This document shows positions 8,735 to 19,012 of a stretch of 33,333 nt of DNA, piece by piece. Numbering within the stretch: position 1 is the first letter of the stretch; every line of letters begins with the position of its first letter. The notes below the pieces were generated by a model that was not told where the DNA came from, made no database searches, and saw only the letters and a list, made by a program, of their open reading frames with translations. A program made the translations under genes and the position numbers. Source of the stretch: Bacillota bacterium (GTDB lineage Bacteria > Bacillota > Clostridia > Christensenellales > CAG-138); contig JAEWWD010000080.1 of assembly GCA_023396535.1 (NCBI GenBank), forward strand, positions 1-33,333, given 5' to 3'.

Positions 8735-9244
8735 TTAGCCCTCAAAGTCGTCCCGCAGGCTTCGCCTTTCCATCAAAACGGTGTTCCTCCACTTTCCAAA
8801 CCGATCGCGGCCAATTCTTTCCCGATACCCCACTATGCGGAACCCGCAGCTTTTATGCAGGAGTATGCTCGCGGCATTCTCCTGCAGAATGCCGGACTGC
8901 AGCGTCCAGAAGCCGCTGCGTTCAGAGCGGAGAATGAGCTCTTGCAGCAAGATGCCGCCGGCCCCCCGGCCCCTGTGTTCCGGCGCGACGTATATGCTGA
9001 CCTCCGCCACGCCGGCGTACACGCAGCGCCCCGATACAGCCGTGAGCGCGGCAAAGCCCGCAACGGCGTTTTTCTCCGTCACCACCAGCCGGCAGGCCTT
9101 CAAATGCGAGGCGTCCCACTCCGCTAAGGTTGGGCACTCCGCCTGCAGGGTCGCGAGATTGGTATCGATGCCCGCCTGGTATATCCGGCTTACCTCGGGC
9201 CAATCCGCGTCGTTGAGTTCCCTGACTTGATATGCCATCGCCAT
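8735..9244 (-). CDS. GNAT N-acetyltransferase, phosphinothricin/methionine-sulfoximine acetyltransferase-like
   Basis: 169 aa. The pattern matches the PAT family by recall: IY..GI....AT.....P....W, then VAE.SIYV....RG.G.G..LL..L, then GF.......I...N..S..LH...GF..VG. Confidence 0.75.
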   Translation of the reverse strand: MAMAYQVRELNDADWPEVSRIYQAGIDTNLATLQAECPTLAEWDASHLKACRLVVTEKNAVAGFAALTAVSGRCVYAGVAEVSIYVAPEHRGRGAGGILLQELILRSERSGFWTLQSGILQENAASILLHKSCGFRIVGYRERIGRDRFGKWRNTVLMERRSLRDDFEG

Positions 9245-9285
9245 ACCATCCTTCCGCGGCAGTCAACCATACTGCGGCTGACTGC

Positions 9286-9846
9286 TTACTCCTGATTTAA
9301 TTCGTATATCTGCTTCTGCTGCTCCTGACTGAGCGCTTTCTCCGTAACGGCGGCTATCAGGAGTATGCCGACAACGCTCAAACAAAGCCGCGTCAGCATG
9401 AACGCAAGGCCCAGGTTTGCCGCCTCAAACGTCAGCAGGGGTATTTTTGTCGTGGAGAAAGCGCCTATGAATATGAATACGTTGAACAGGCTGCTTCCCT
9501 TTTTCAGCATGACGCCTGCAACCGGAAACGCCACATACAGAGGGCCGGCTGCCGCGGAACCGAGAAGGAACGCGATCAGAACGCCTTTGAGCCCCGAGCC
9601 CTTGCCGGTATATTTTATCATGGTGGCCCGATCCACCCAAACATCCAGCAGCCCGAGCATTACGAATATCGGGGGAACCACGGTCAGCATCTCCACAAAA
9701 TTCTGAAACGTCAGTTTGACGGAATGTATGCCGATATCCGGCAACGCCAGTCCCACCGCTACATTGATAACGAGCAGCGCGATAAACAGCCTGTATCTTT
9801 TCAACAACGTTTTCAAATCCATGGAACTTTTTTTCTTCTCGTTCAT
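9286..9846 (-). CDS. Permease subunit (second half of a split two-gene permease)
   Basis: Starts MNEKKKS at ATG 9846-9844 in an ATGA overlap with the upstream gene. It is hydrophobic. The 313-aa ORF-track version adds an Arg/Gly-rich N-terminus that overlaps the upstream gene. Confidence 0.7.
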   Translation of the reverse strand: MNEKKKSSMDLKTLLKRYRLFIALLVINVAVGLALPDIGIHSVKLTFQNFVEMLTVVPPIFVMLGLLDVWVDRATMIKYTGKGSGLKGVLIAFLLGSAAAGPLYVAFPVAGVMLKKGSSLFNVFIFIGAFSTTKIPLLTFEAANLGLAFMLTRLCLSVVGILLIAAVTEKALSQEQQKQIYELNQE

Positions 9847-10322
9847 CTGAACACCGCCCCCATTACAAACGCCACCGCGAAAGAAAACACAAACGCCGCT
9901 ATATTCCGGGCGATGGGCGCGCGCTTGCCGAACGTCTTCATCTCCAGCGGCAGGGTAACGACCCCCACCATCATCAGCGTGGAAACGAACGCCGCGATCT
10001 GCATATACCCCGCGCCGTTCTTTAGCAGCGCCGCTGCCAGAGGAAACGCCACGAATCCGGGTATCAGCGTGATGGAGCCGATCACGGCGGTCGCCAATAT
10101 CCCCCATAGACCCGAACGCGAGCCGATCAGGCTCGAAATAACCTCCGGACTCAAAACGGACAACGCAAGGCCTATGATGATCAATATAGCTAAAAATTGC
10201 GGCAGCATATTCTCGAAGGATTTCCACGCTTTCTTCAATGCCGCCTTTGTCTTGCCCCGGTCTTTAAAAAACGACACCGCCAGGCCGACGCCCGCGAGCG
10301 CGTACAGGATATAGGTGAACAT
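9843..10322 (-). CDS. Permease subunit (first half of a split two-gene permease)
   Basis: ~159 aa hydrophobic protein starting at ATG 10322 with SD AAGAGG. By recall it resembles the two-component membrane permease pairs of Firmicutes. Confidence 0.7.
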   Translation of the reverse strand: MFTYILYALAGVGLAVSFFKDRGKTKAALKKAWKSFENMLPQFLAILIIIGLALSVLSPEVISSLIGSRSGLWGILATAVIGSITLIPGFVAFPLAAALLKNGAGYMQIAAFVSTLMMVGVVTLPLEMKTFGKRAPIARNIAAFVFSFAVAFVMGAVFR

Positions 10323-10570
10323 CAATACCTCTTTCAGCCCGGCAGGCCGGGCGAAATTTGTCTTTGGCGGTTGCCTGAAGGCGTGCGTTTTACACCGTTA
10401 CTGACGCGAGGCCGAGCGCTGTATCGCTTTTCCTTCATAACAATTACTCCGCTTATACCAGTATAAACTGCAGCATGATAAACGCATAGCCTAAACAGCG
10501 GAAAATGACGGAACGAACCCCCCCGCGGTTTACAAGGCGCTGCGGCTTGAGCTCAGCATATTTCATGAAT

Positions 10571-10616
10571 ATAAATAAACGTCCGCCGGTATAGTCTATA
10601 GACTTCACCAACGGAC
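10571..10616 (-). terminator. Terminator after the glycerol operon
   Basis: The minus strand forms a long hairpin gtccgttggtgaagtctatagactataccggcggac (with G-U pairs) followed by GTTTATTTAT. Confidence 0.55.
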
Positions 10617-10634
10617 TCGGCCTATAACACGCGC

Positions 10635-11003
10635 CTAAACGATCTCTTTGGTCGCGACCATATCCACGCCCGTACCGGCGACATCTGCTTTGAGGACGTC
10701 CCCGATATGTACAGGCGCGGTCAGCGTAATATCCTTAATGTCCTGTATGACGTCGAATATCCTGCTTTTCGGCACGTCCGTCCTCGTTTTGCAGGAGGCC
10801 ATTACTGCGCCCGTCTTTGACCCGTGCACGCGCACGGTGCTTGTCACCATGCGCATGGGATTGGCGACTTCCTTGCGGGCATAGTCCTCGCCTTTTTTGC
10901 AGGTATTCCCCTCTATCCGTACGATTTCGCCTGCGTCGTCCAGCGTGACGCTGACTTGACAGCCGAGCGGGCAGCCTATGCAGGTAAGAGTCCGTACCTC
11001 CAT
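10635..11003 (-). CDS. DUF1667 domain protein (third subunit of the Clostridial G3P-dehydrogenase-like complex)
   Basis: 122 aa starting MEVRTLTCIGCPLGC...GNTCKKG, in conserved context after two FAD oxidoreductases. Confidence 0.8.
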   Translation of the reverse strand: MEVRTLTCIGCPLGCQVSVTLDDAGEIVRIEGNTCKKGEDYARKEVANPMRMVTSTVRVHGSKTGAVMASCKTRTDVPKSRIFDVIQDIKDITLTAPVHIGDVLKADVAGTGVDMVATKEIV

Positions 11004-11007
11004 GGCT

Positions 11008-12273
11008 TTACGCCTCCTCTATCTTGATGGTAATCGTCTTCAGGCCGGGGCGTTCATCAAAGAATTGCTTCCGCAACTGTATTTCTTCCATTTCGCCGGG
11101 CGCCATGATTTTGCGTTTGCGGCGCAGTATCCGTTCGTCATCAAAGTACACGCAAACGCAATGATCCCGTATCACGCAGGCCACGCGAAACCGGACCGTC
11201 AGCATATCCGGCATGCGGGACGGGTCGATGGCGGACGGGACGGTATAGCGCGGGCCGCCCTCTACAATAAGCGGGATATCGTGCCTTTCCGCTTCGGGGT
11301 CGCGGCCGGCCACGTACGCCGCGGCGTTTTTCCCTGCCGCGGCGGCTTCTTCGGATACATAATCCACCAGATCGTGCACATGCAATACGTTGCCCGCCGC
11401 AAATACGCCGGGAATACTGGTTTCAAGGCTCTCGTTCACCATGGGCCCGCTGGTGGCGGGGCTGATCGCCACGTCCATGCCCCGGCTCAGTTCGTTTTCG
11501 GGAATGAGGCCGACAGAAAGCAGCAGCGTGTCGCAGGAGTAGCGCTCCTGTGTGCCTGGAATGGGCTTGAGATTCCCGTCCACGCGCGCGATGGTCACGC
11601 CTTCTACGCGCTCTTTGCCCTGTATCTCCACCACAGTATGGCTCAGCCGCAGCGGAATGCCGTAATCGTCCAGGCATTGCACGATATTGCGTTTGAGGCC
11701 GCCGGAGAACGGCATCAGCTCCGCGACCAGCTTCACCCTCGCGCCCTCCAGCGTCATGCGGCGCGCCATGATGAGGCCTATATCGCCCGAGCCCAATATG
11801 ACGACCTCGCGCCCGGGCATAAGGCCTTCCATATTGACGAGGCGCTGCGCCGTGCCGGCGGTAAAAATACCGGCGGGCCGGTAGCCGGGAATATTCAGCG
11901 AACCCCGGCTGCGCTCGCGGCAGCCCATTGCGAGTATGATGGATTGTGCCTTGAGCTCAAACAACCCGTCCTCCCGGTTCATGGCCGTTACGATCTTTTC
12001 CGCGCTGATATCCAGTACCATGGTGGACAGCCTGTATTCCATATTGCGTTCGCGCACCTTGTCGATATACCGCTGCGCATATTCGGGGCCGGTCAGCTCT
12101 TCCTTGAACGTATGCAGCCCGAACCCGTTGTGGATGCATTGCCCGAGTATGCCGCCCAGTTCCTTATCCCGCTCCAGTATCAGTATGCTGCGCACCCCTG
12201 CGTCGTAAGCCGCGACAGCCGCTGCAAGCCCTGCGGGGCCGCCGCCGATGATCACGATATCGTAGTGTTTCAT
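11008..12273 (-). CDS. NAD(P)/FAD-dependent oxidoreductase (pyridine nucleotide-disulfide family)
   Basis: Starts MKHYDIVIIGGGPAGLAAA at internal ATG 12273 with SD GAGGAGG. A second dinucleotide fold is present (VVILGSGDIGL). Confidence 0.85.
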   Translation of the reverse strand: MKHYDIVIIGGGPAGLAAAVAAYDAGVRSILILERDKELGGILGQCIHNGFGLHTFKEELTGPEYAQRYIDKVRERNMEYRLSTMVLDISAEKIVTAMNREDGLFELKAQSIILAMGCRERSRGSLNIPGYRPAGIFTAGTAQRLVNMEGLMPGREVVILGSGDIGLIMARRMTLEGARVKLVAELMPFSGGLKRNIVQCLDDYGIPLRLSHTVVEIQGKERVEGVTIARVDGNLKPIPGTQERYSCDTLLLSVGLIPENELSRGMDVAISPATSGPMVNESLETSIPGVFAAGNVLHVHDLVDYVSEEAAAAGKNAAAYVAGRDPEAERHDIPLIVEGGPRYTVPSAIDPSRMPDMLTVRFRVACVIRDHCVCVYFDDERILRRKRKIMAPGEMEEIQLRKQFFDERPGLKTITIKIEEA

Positions 12274-12284
12274 GCAGGTCCTCC

Positions 12285-13721
12285 TCAAATGCGGTCCTTG
12301 ACCGTACCGACGATGAGTCGGGACGAGCCGCCGCACTTGGTAATCTCGCTCTGGTCTACGCCAAGCTCCCGCGCGAGGATTTCCATCGTACGCGGTGTGC
12401 AGAACCCCGCCTGACAACGCCCGGACCCGGCCCGCGTGCGGCGCTTGACGCCGTCCAGGTTTTTCGCCCCCAGCGGGCGGTGGATGGCGTCGAGCAGTTC
12501 GCCTTCGGATACGCCTTCGCAGCGGCAGACGATGTTGCCGTACGCGGGCTTTTCGCGTATCAGTTTTGCCCGTTCTTCCTTGCTGAGCGTTTTGGGATCC
12601 AGCACGCCCCTGCGTTTGCCGTTGAAGCGGGGGTTGGGCGTAAGATTCAGCTTATCCCTGAGAATATCGCCCACCAGTTTTCCTATGGCGGGGGAAGAGG
12701 TAAGCCCCGGGGATTCTATGCCGGCGCAATCGATGAAGCCGGGAACGCCTTCCGCTTCGCCTATGATGAATTCGTGCCCGTCCTCATGCGCGCGCAGCCC
12801 CGCAAAGCTGGTGATCACCTGCCGGATGGGGAGTTTCCTCACCGTAGAGCCCGCTTTTGCGATAAGCTCGTAAAGCCCCTCCGCCGTGGTGTTGGTTCCG
12901 CCCCTGTCCTCAATATCAATCGCGGTGGGGCCCACGATGGTATTGCCGTGGATGGTGGGGGCGACGAGCACGCCTTTTCCGAGTTTGCCGGGCAGAGGGA
13001 ATATGACATGCTTGACAAAATCGACGGTGTTCTTATCCAGCAGGAAGTAATCCCCCCTGCGCGGCGCGATGTGCAGCTTTTGCGGGCAGACCATATTGTG
13101 GATGATATCGGCATAGACGCCCGCCGCATTGACGACGGCTTTCGTATCGACAGGTCCATCCGGCGTTTCCAGCCGGAATCCGCCTTCCGTAACGGAAAGC
13201 CCCATCACCTCGGTATGAAACCGGAATTCGACGCCGTTTGTGAAGGCGTTTTCCGCAAGCGCGATGGTCAGGCCAAAGGGGCAGATGACGCCGGCTGTCG
13301 GCGCATACAGAGCCGCCACGGCGTTGGAGCTGACGTTGGGCTCCATGGCCCACAGCTCTTCTTTTTCAATCATACGCAGTTGCTCTACGCCGTTTTTGAG
13401 ACCGTTTTGGTACAGCCTCTCCAAAGCGGGGCGATCTTCCTCGTTCAGGCAGACCACAAGGCTACCCACACGCCTGAAGGCGACGTCCAGTTCCCCGGTC
13501 AGTTCATCCATCATCCGGTTGCCCAGCACGTTCAGCTTCGCCTTCAGGCTGCCCGCGGCCGCGTCGTATCCGGCATGGACGATTCCGCTGTTCGCCTTGG
13601 ACGCACCGCAGCAAACGTCCTCCTCCTTCTCCACAACCAGTATGCTTGCGCTATAGCGGGAAAGCTCGCGCGCCACGGCGCAGCCTGTCACGCCCGCGCC
13701 TATGATCACGATATCAAACAT
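12285..13721 (-). CDS. FAD-dependent glycerol-3-phosphate dehydrogenase/oxidase-like protein with a BFD-like [2Fe-2S] domain
   Basis: 478 aa starting MFDIVIIGAGVTGCAVAREL, with a C-terminal Cys motif (CRCEGVSEGE...CQAGFC). It lies directly downstream of glpK. Confidence 0.85.
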   Translation of the reverse strand: MFDIVIIGAGVTGCAVARELSRYSASILVVEKEEDVCCGASKANSGIVHAGYDAAAGSLKAKLNVLGNRMMDELTGELDVAFRRVGSLVVCLNEEDRPALERLYQNGLKNGVEQLRMIEKEELWAMEPNVSSNAVAALYAPTAGVICPFGLTIALAENAFTNGVEFRFHTEVMGLSVTEGGFRLETPDGPVDTKAVVNAAGVYADIIHNMVCPQKLHIAPRRGDYFLLDKNTVDFVKHVIFPLPGKLGKGVLVAPTIHGNTIVGPTAIDIEDRGGTNTTAEGLYELIAKAGSTVRKLPIRQVITSFAGLRAHEDGHEFIIGEAEGVPGFIDCAGIESPGLTSSPAIGKLVGDILRDKLNLTPNPRFNGKRRGVLDPKTLSKEERAKLIREKPAYGNIVCRCEGVSEGELLDAIHRPLGAKNLDGVKRRTRAGSGRCQAGFCTPRTMEILARELGVDQSEITKCGGSSRLIVGTVKDRI

Positions 13722-13762
13722 GGATATCTCTCCTTTTGATCTATCTTGCCCTTCTGATACTT

Positions 13763-13821
13763 ACAAAAAATACGGGCATATCCGCATTGTCCTTCGGTAA
13801 AAGGACCGGATCGCCCGTATT
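13763..13821 (-). terminator. Intra-operon intrinsic terminator/attenuator between glpK and the dehydrogenase genes
   Basis: Minus strand: AAUACGGGC...(inner hairpin GUCCUU/AAGGAC)...GCCCGUAUU followed by UUUUG. Confidence 0.55.
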
Positions 13822-13864
13822 CTCACGCTCAATGGGCCAACTATTTTATTATGCGGGCTGGGCG

Positions 13865-15385
<1,521 letters not shown>

Positions 15386-15421
15386 TTAACGAGCGGGAGG
15401 GAAGAGGCCCTCCAGCCCGCG

Positions 15422-15988
15422 TTACATCAGCCAGACGTCCTGGTTTGTTGTGGATATGGCCATAGCGCCGGCCTCCAGCGCGCCGATGACGTCTTCCTTA
15501 TCCGTAATCAGTCCGCCCGCCAGTATGGGAACGGATGTGACGGCGCATACCTTCCGTATGATTTTGGGCATGACCCCCGGCAGTATCTCTATGAAATCCG
15601 GGCGAACGGATTCGAGACACCCGAGGCCGGAAAGGGACATGGAATCGATCACAAACACGCGCAGTATGCTGCACAGATGCAGCTCGCGCGCCCTGCGGAT
15701 AAAGCCCTGGCGCGTTGAAATAATGCCGTCTGCTTCCGTATTCCGGTGAATGTAATCCACCGCGATTTCCTTGGAGGAGAGGCCTTCGATGAGATCCGCG
15801 TGCACCAGCGCAAACTTCCCGGCGGATTTGACGCGCTTTACGATATCGCCGATGTCGCACACGTTCCCAAACAGTATAAATACGATCTGGATTTCACCGG
15901 TCTCAAGGCAGCGCGACAGCCCTTCAAAATCCTTCACGGCGGCGATCACCGGGCTCCCTGATACCGCGTTGTAAAATTCCTGTTTCAA
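15422..15988 (-). CDS. glpP: Glycerol-3-phosphate-responsive antiterminator
   Basis: PF04309-like pattern: PVIAAVKD...VFILFG...HADLIEGL...DGIISTR...VIDSMSL...PDFIEILPGVMPKI...PILAGGLI...GAMAISTT. The probable start is TTG at 15988 with SD AGGGGG; the ORF-track start at 16066 adds an atypical extension. Confidence 0.8.
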   Translation of the reverse strand: MKQEFYNAVSGSPVIAAVKDFEGLSRCLETGEIQIVFILFGNVCDIGDIVKRVKSAGKFALVHADLIEGLSSKEIAVDYIHRNTEADGIISTRQGFIRRARELHLCSILRVFVIDSMSLSGLGCLESVRPDFIEILPGVMPKIIRKVCAVTSVPILAGGLITDKEDVIGALEAGAMAISTTNQDVWLM

Positions 15989-16406
15989 GAATTCACCCCC
16001 TGTGGTTGCGTGCGCCGGCCGGCGTTCGAAAAAAAAAGCAAGGCCAAAAGACAGTTCGTCTGTCATTTATCCCTCACTCCATGTCTCAGGGCGATCGATA
16101 TGCGGCTGTCAGTTCTTACATTTTTATAGTATCATGGAATCCTCGCAAGTCAATGAAAAAACGAACAAATTGTTTCCGGAAATACGGATTGCTTTATCAT
16201 TCCTTGCTGCAGCTTCCTCCATTACGCAAGGCGCGGTGATGATGCATACGGACAAACTATTTAGTCCGGAACGAGGGGGAGTCGAAACGGAAAAACCGTG
16301 GCTTGCGTTGCACCGCGCCTTGTAAACCTCTTCCATTTCCTCTACAATAAAGGCAGCAGCGTCTCATGGCCCCGCCGACGCCAGTTAATCACCTCAGGAG
16401 GCTGGT

Positions 16407-16991
16407 ATGACACAAAAAGAATGGGAAGCCATACTCTTTCAAAGAGGAATATCCAACTGGTGGTTAAAGCGATATTTCTACGTCAAATATCCTCATATGT
16501 ATTTGGCTGGAGCGCTGCTGATAGCGCTGATTCTTTTATCGCGTATCACATCCATCTCAAACGACAATTATTGGGTTGTTTTTCGCTTCTTGGGCATACT
16601 GGCAATAGGTATTTCAGAGAGTTTCATGAGCCGCCGTTTTTCACACGGAATGCTGGAGCAGGCTTATATCTGGAGCCTTGTACTGTATTTTTCATTTCCG
16701 GTAGCAACTGCATTCTATTTCTCGTTTTATCACTGGCTTATCGTTCTCGGAACCATTATTCTCTTCCTTGGCGCTGTTTTCAACGTGGTCTATCTGCACA
16801 AATACAAGTACCTGTTCCGTACATATTCCAAAGAAGAAATCGCGCTGGCGGTGGAAAGCTATCAGGCCCGTCTGTATACGGAGCTGGACGAAACCGCCGT
16901 ATACTGGAAGGCGAAGCAGGATGCGGCGGAGCAAAAGAAACAGGAACGGCAGGAAAAGCGGGAGCAGCGGCAGAGATTGGGCGACGAATAA
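16407..16991 (+). CDS. Hypothetical membrane protein, paralogue A (4 predicted TM segments plus a charged C-terminal tail)
   Basis: 194 aa with SD AGGAGG. The C-terminal segment LFRTYSKEEIALAVESYQARLYTELDETAVYWKAKQDA is shared with the ORF at 17867-18445. Confidence 0.6.
   Translation: MTQKEWEAILFQRGISNWWLKRYFYVKYPHMYLAGALLIALILLSRITSISNDNYWVVFRFLGILAIGISESFMSRRFSHGMLEQAYIWSLVLYFSFPVATAFYFSFYHWLIVLGTIILFLGAVFNVVYLHKYKYLFRTYSKEEIALAVESYQARLYTELDETAVYWKAKQDAAEQKKQERQEKREQRQRLGDE
16812..16926. repeat. Direct repeat copy 1 (~115 bp, about 92% identical to 18308-18422)
   Basis: Codon-by-codon comparison gives 9 mismatches in 114 nt. Weaker homology with indels continues to about 16975 and 18470. 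Confidence 0.85.
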
Positions 16992-17084
16992 AAAGTACCG
17001 TTTACTTTATTTTTTACATGTTACAATCCTTTTCTGCTATAATAAATCCAATTCACTTTGTACTACTTTATCAGGAGATTGCCG

Positions 17085-17759
17085 ATGAAACTAAACGTTG
17101 TTAATTTAGGCCGCATTGAATATGACAAAGCGTTGGATATACAGGAAAAGCTATTGGCAAAATGCCAAAACCAAGGCCTGGACGATACCCTTTTATTATT
17201 GGAACATCCAGCCGTATTAACCATGGGCATCCGGGCGGAAAAGTCGAATATCTTTCTATCGCAAGAACATCTGCAAGCATACGGCGTGCGTATCTACGAA
17301 GTTAACCGCGGCGGGGATGTTACATACCACGGCCCCGGCCAGATCGTCGGCTATCCGATATTTCATTTATCGCGGCATGGAAAAAGCATAAAAGACTTTG
17401 TGCTGAAGATACAGGAAGTATTCATACGCTTATTGACAAATGAGTACGGAATTAGCCCCCACAGGGAAGATAAAAAGTATATGGGCGTATGGGTCGGCAA
17501 TGATAAGATTACGGCGATCGGTATTGCCGTACAGCATTGGGTTACGATGCATGGTTTCGCTTTTAACGTCAATACCGACTTATCTCATTTCAATTGGATC
17601 AATCCCTGCGGCTTAACCGGAAGAGGGGTTACCTCCCTGCAAAAGCTGACGGGGACGACGCAGGATATGGATCATCTGTATCAATTGACCGCTCAATATT
17701 TTTGTGAGGTTTTTCATATGGAGGAAAACATATGCACAATAGAAAGCCTGATTGGCTGA
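17085..17759 (+). CDS. lipB: Octanoyltransferase (lipoyl(octanoyl) transferase)
   Basis: Starts MKLNVVNLGRIEY at ATG 17085 with SD AGGAG. It has RGGDVTYHGPGQIVGYPI and KITAIGI (catalytic Lys region). Confidence 0.9.
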   Translation: MKLNVVNLGRIEYDKALDIQEKLLAKCQNQGLDDTLLLLEHPAVLTMGIRAEKSNIFLSQEHLQAYGVRIYEVNRGGDVTYHGPGQIVGYPIFHLSRHGKSIKDFVLKIQEVFIRLLTNEYGISPHREDKKYMGVWVGNDKITAIGIAVQHWVTMHGFAFNVNTDLSHFNWINPCGLTGRGVTSLQKLTGTTQDMDHLYQLTAQYFCEVFHMEENICTIESLIG

Positions 17760-17840
17760 AAATCAAAGCATGAGGCAACCCTGTAACCCTTAAAAGAGCT
17801 ATTTTTGAATACCGTTACAAGCACTGCAGCCTGCTCATGC
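17732..17840 (+). pseudogene. Decayed 5' remnant of a second lipA
   Basis: ATG CAC AAT AGA AAG CCT GAT TGG CTG AAA ATC AAA GCA TGA reads MHNRKPDWLKIKA*, matching the LipA N-terminus (intact copy: RKPEWLR). In a shifted frame, LNTV at ~17805 resembles the LHTVCEEA motif. It overlaps the lipB 3' end as in lipB-lipA operons. Confidence 0.45.
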
Positions 17841-17866
17841 GGTTAAGCAATCAATGGAGGCCAGCT

Positions 17867-18445
17867 ATGACTCGAAAAGAACAGGACGCCCTGCTCGCCC
17901 AAAGCGGAATGCCCAATAAGTGGCTGCGATTTTACATGCGCTACCTGCTGCTTTTTCAGATAATATTCGCATTTGTACCCATGGTACTGTTCATCCCACT
18001 TCTATTGCCATTGATATCGGATAACCCATTGCTTCTTTTGCAGTTTACTGTAATATTGACCATGGCCGTGCTGGCAATTTTGTCATACTACTATTCTCTT
18101 CGGGGACTGTCGTTCAAGGCCTATTGTTGGAATCTCGCATATCTTTGCTATATCCCGGCAGCCTACACAGAGTATTTGATAGCTATTGCTTCAAGCCGAT
18201 ATGCACTGAACAGTGTCATATCCATAGGCCTGTTTATCGCCCCCCGGTTGCTTTTGTGTATTCTTTGGATTGTACCCAACATCATATATCTCCGCAAACG
18301 AAGGCAACTGTTCCGTACATATTCCAAAGAGGAAATCGCAGCGGCGGTTGAAAGCTATCAGGCCCGACTGTATATGGAACTGGACGAAACCGCCGCATAC
18401 TGGAAGGCGAAGCAGGATGCGGGAGCAAAGAAACGGGATAAGTAG
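17867..18445 (+). CDS. Hypothetical membrane protein, paralogue B
   Basis: Starts MTRKEQDALLAQSGMPNKWL at ATG 17867 with SD GGAGG. Its N-terminal motif is similar to paralogue A (MTQKEWEAILFQRGISNWWL) and its C-terminal module is nearly identical. Confidence 0.6.
   Translation: MTRKEQDALLAQSGMPNKWLRFYMRYLLLFQIIFAFVPMVLFIPLLLPLISDNPLLLLQFTVILTMAVLAILSYYYSLRGLSFKAYCWNLAYLCYIPAAYTEYLIAIASSRYALNSVISIGLFIAPRLLLCILWIVPNIIYLRKRRQLFRTYSKEEIAAAVESYQARLYMELDETAAYWKAKQDAGAKKRDK
18308..18422. repeat. Direct repeat copy 2 (pairs with 16812-16926)
   Basis: See copy 1. Confidence 0.85.
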
Positions 18446-18518
18446 GAAAAGCTGAAGCAGCGGCGGTAAGGATGAACGTGCCTCCGGCGCATTCGCCGAA
18501 GACACGAATTTTTCGTAA

Positions 18519-18800
18519 TCATCCAAGTTCATTGCCAATCGCATACTCCAATAAAATCTTTGGAATATCCGATGGACTTGACCATCGGGGAAGTGCACCG
18601 GCATATTCCTCAAAGTTTGCCCCATATTTATCAATATGCGAATTTGGTAAATCTATTTTCCTGGAAAACAGAAACTCTCCACCCCGGAAATAGTATATTT
18701 CAAAGTATTCCGCCGTATCAGGCTGAAAGGTGATCCGGACATCTCCATTCTTAAGTATCATCTCCGGGTTGCTTTTGTAAAATTTCATAGGATCATCCAA
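18519..18800 (-). CDS. Hypothetical protein (93 aa)
   Basis: The only open frame in a lower-GC segment. It overlaps the upstream small ORF by 16 nt. No motif was recognised. Confidence 0.3.
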   Translation of the reverse strand: MDDPMKFYKSNPEMILKNGDVRITFQPDTAEYFEIYYFRGGEFLFSRKIDLPNSHIDKYGANFEEYAGALPRWSSPSDIPKILLEYAIGNELG

Positions 18801-19012
18801 CGCCCATCCAATGCCAATGGCCGCTTGTATATATACGCCTGACCTGCGCTGTAGCGGGTGCCCGCAGCAGCGCCGCCTGCCTTTGCCGTGGGTATCTGAA
18901 GAGTGGAATCAGTGACTGAATTTCTTTCACGATACGCGGCTTCCGTCTTAGGTCCCCATATCCCATCTACTGCAACCCCAAGCTCTCGCTGCAACGCCCT
19001 CACTCCCAACAT
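18785..19012 (-). CDS. Small protein with a peptidoglycan-binding-like motif
   Basis: 75 aa. LQRELGVAVDGIWGPKTEAA resembles the PG_binding_1 core (LQ..L....DG.FG..T..A). It may be a fragment. Confidence 0.35.
   Translation of the reverse strand: MLGVRALQRELGVAVDGIWGPKTEAAYRERNSVTDSTLQIPTAKAGGAAAGTRYSAGQAYIYKRPLALDGRWMIL

Noticed and set aside
9847-10227. The long N-terminal extension of the 313-aa ORF (9286-10227), and extended starts of the ORFs at 706-1551, 11008-12417, 15422-16066, 17058, 21873 and 24092-25084.
   Set aside because: The extensions overlap upstream genes or lack SD sites. Internal starts with GGAGG-type SD sites give N-termini that match the family norms.
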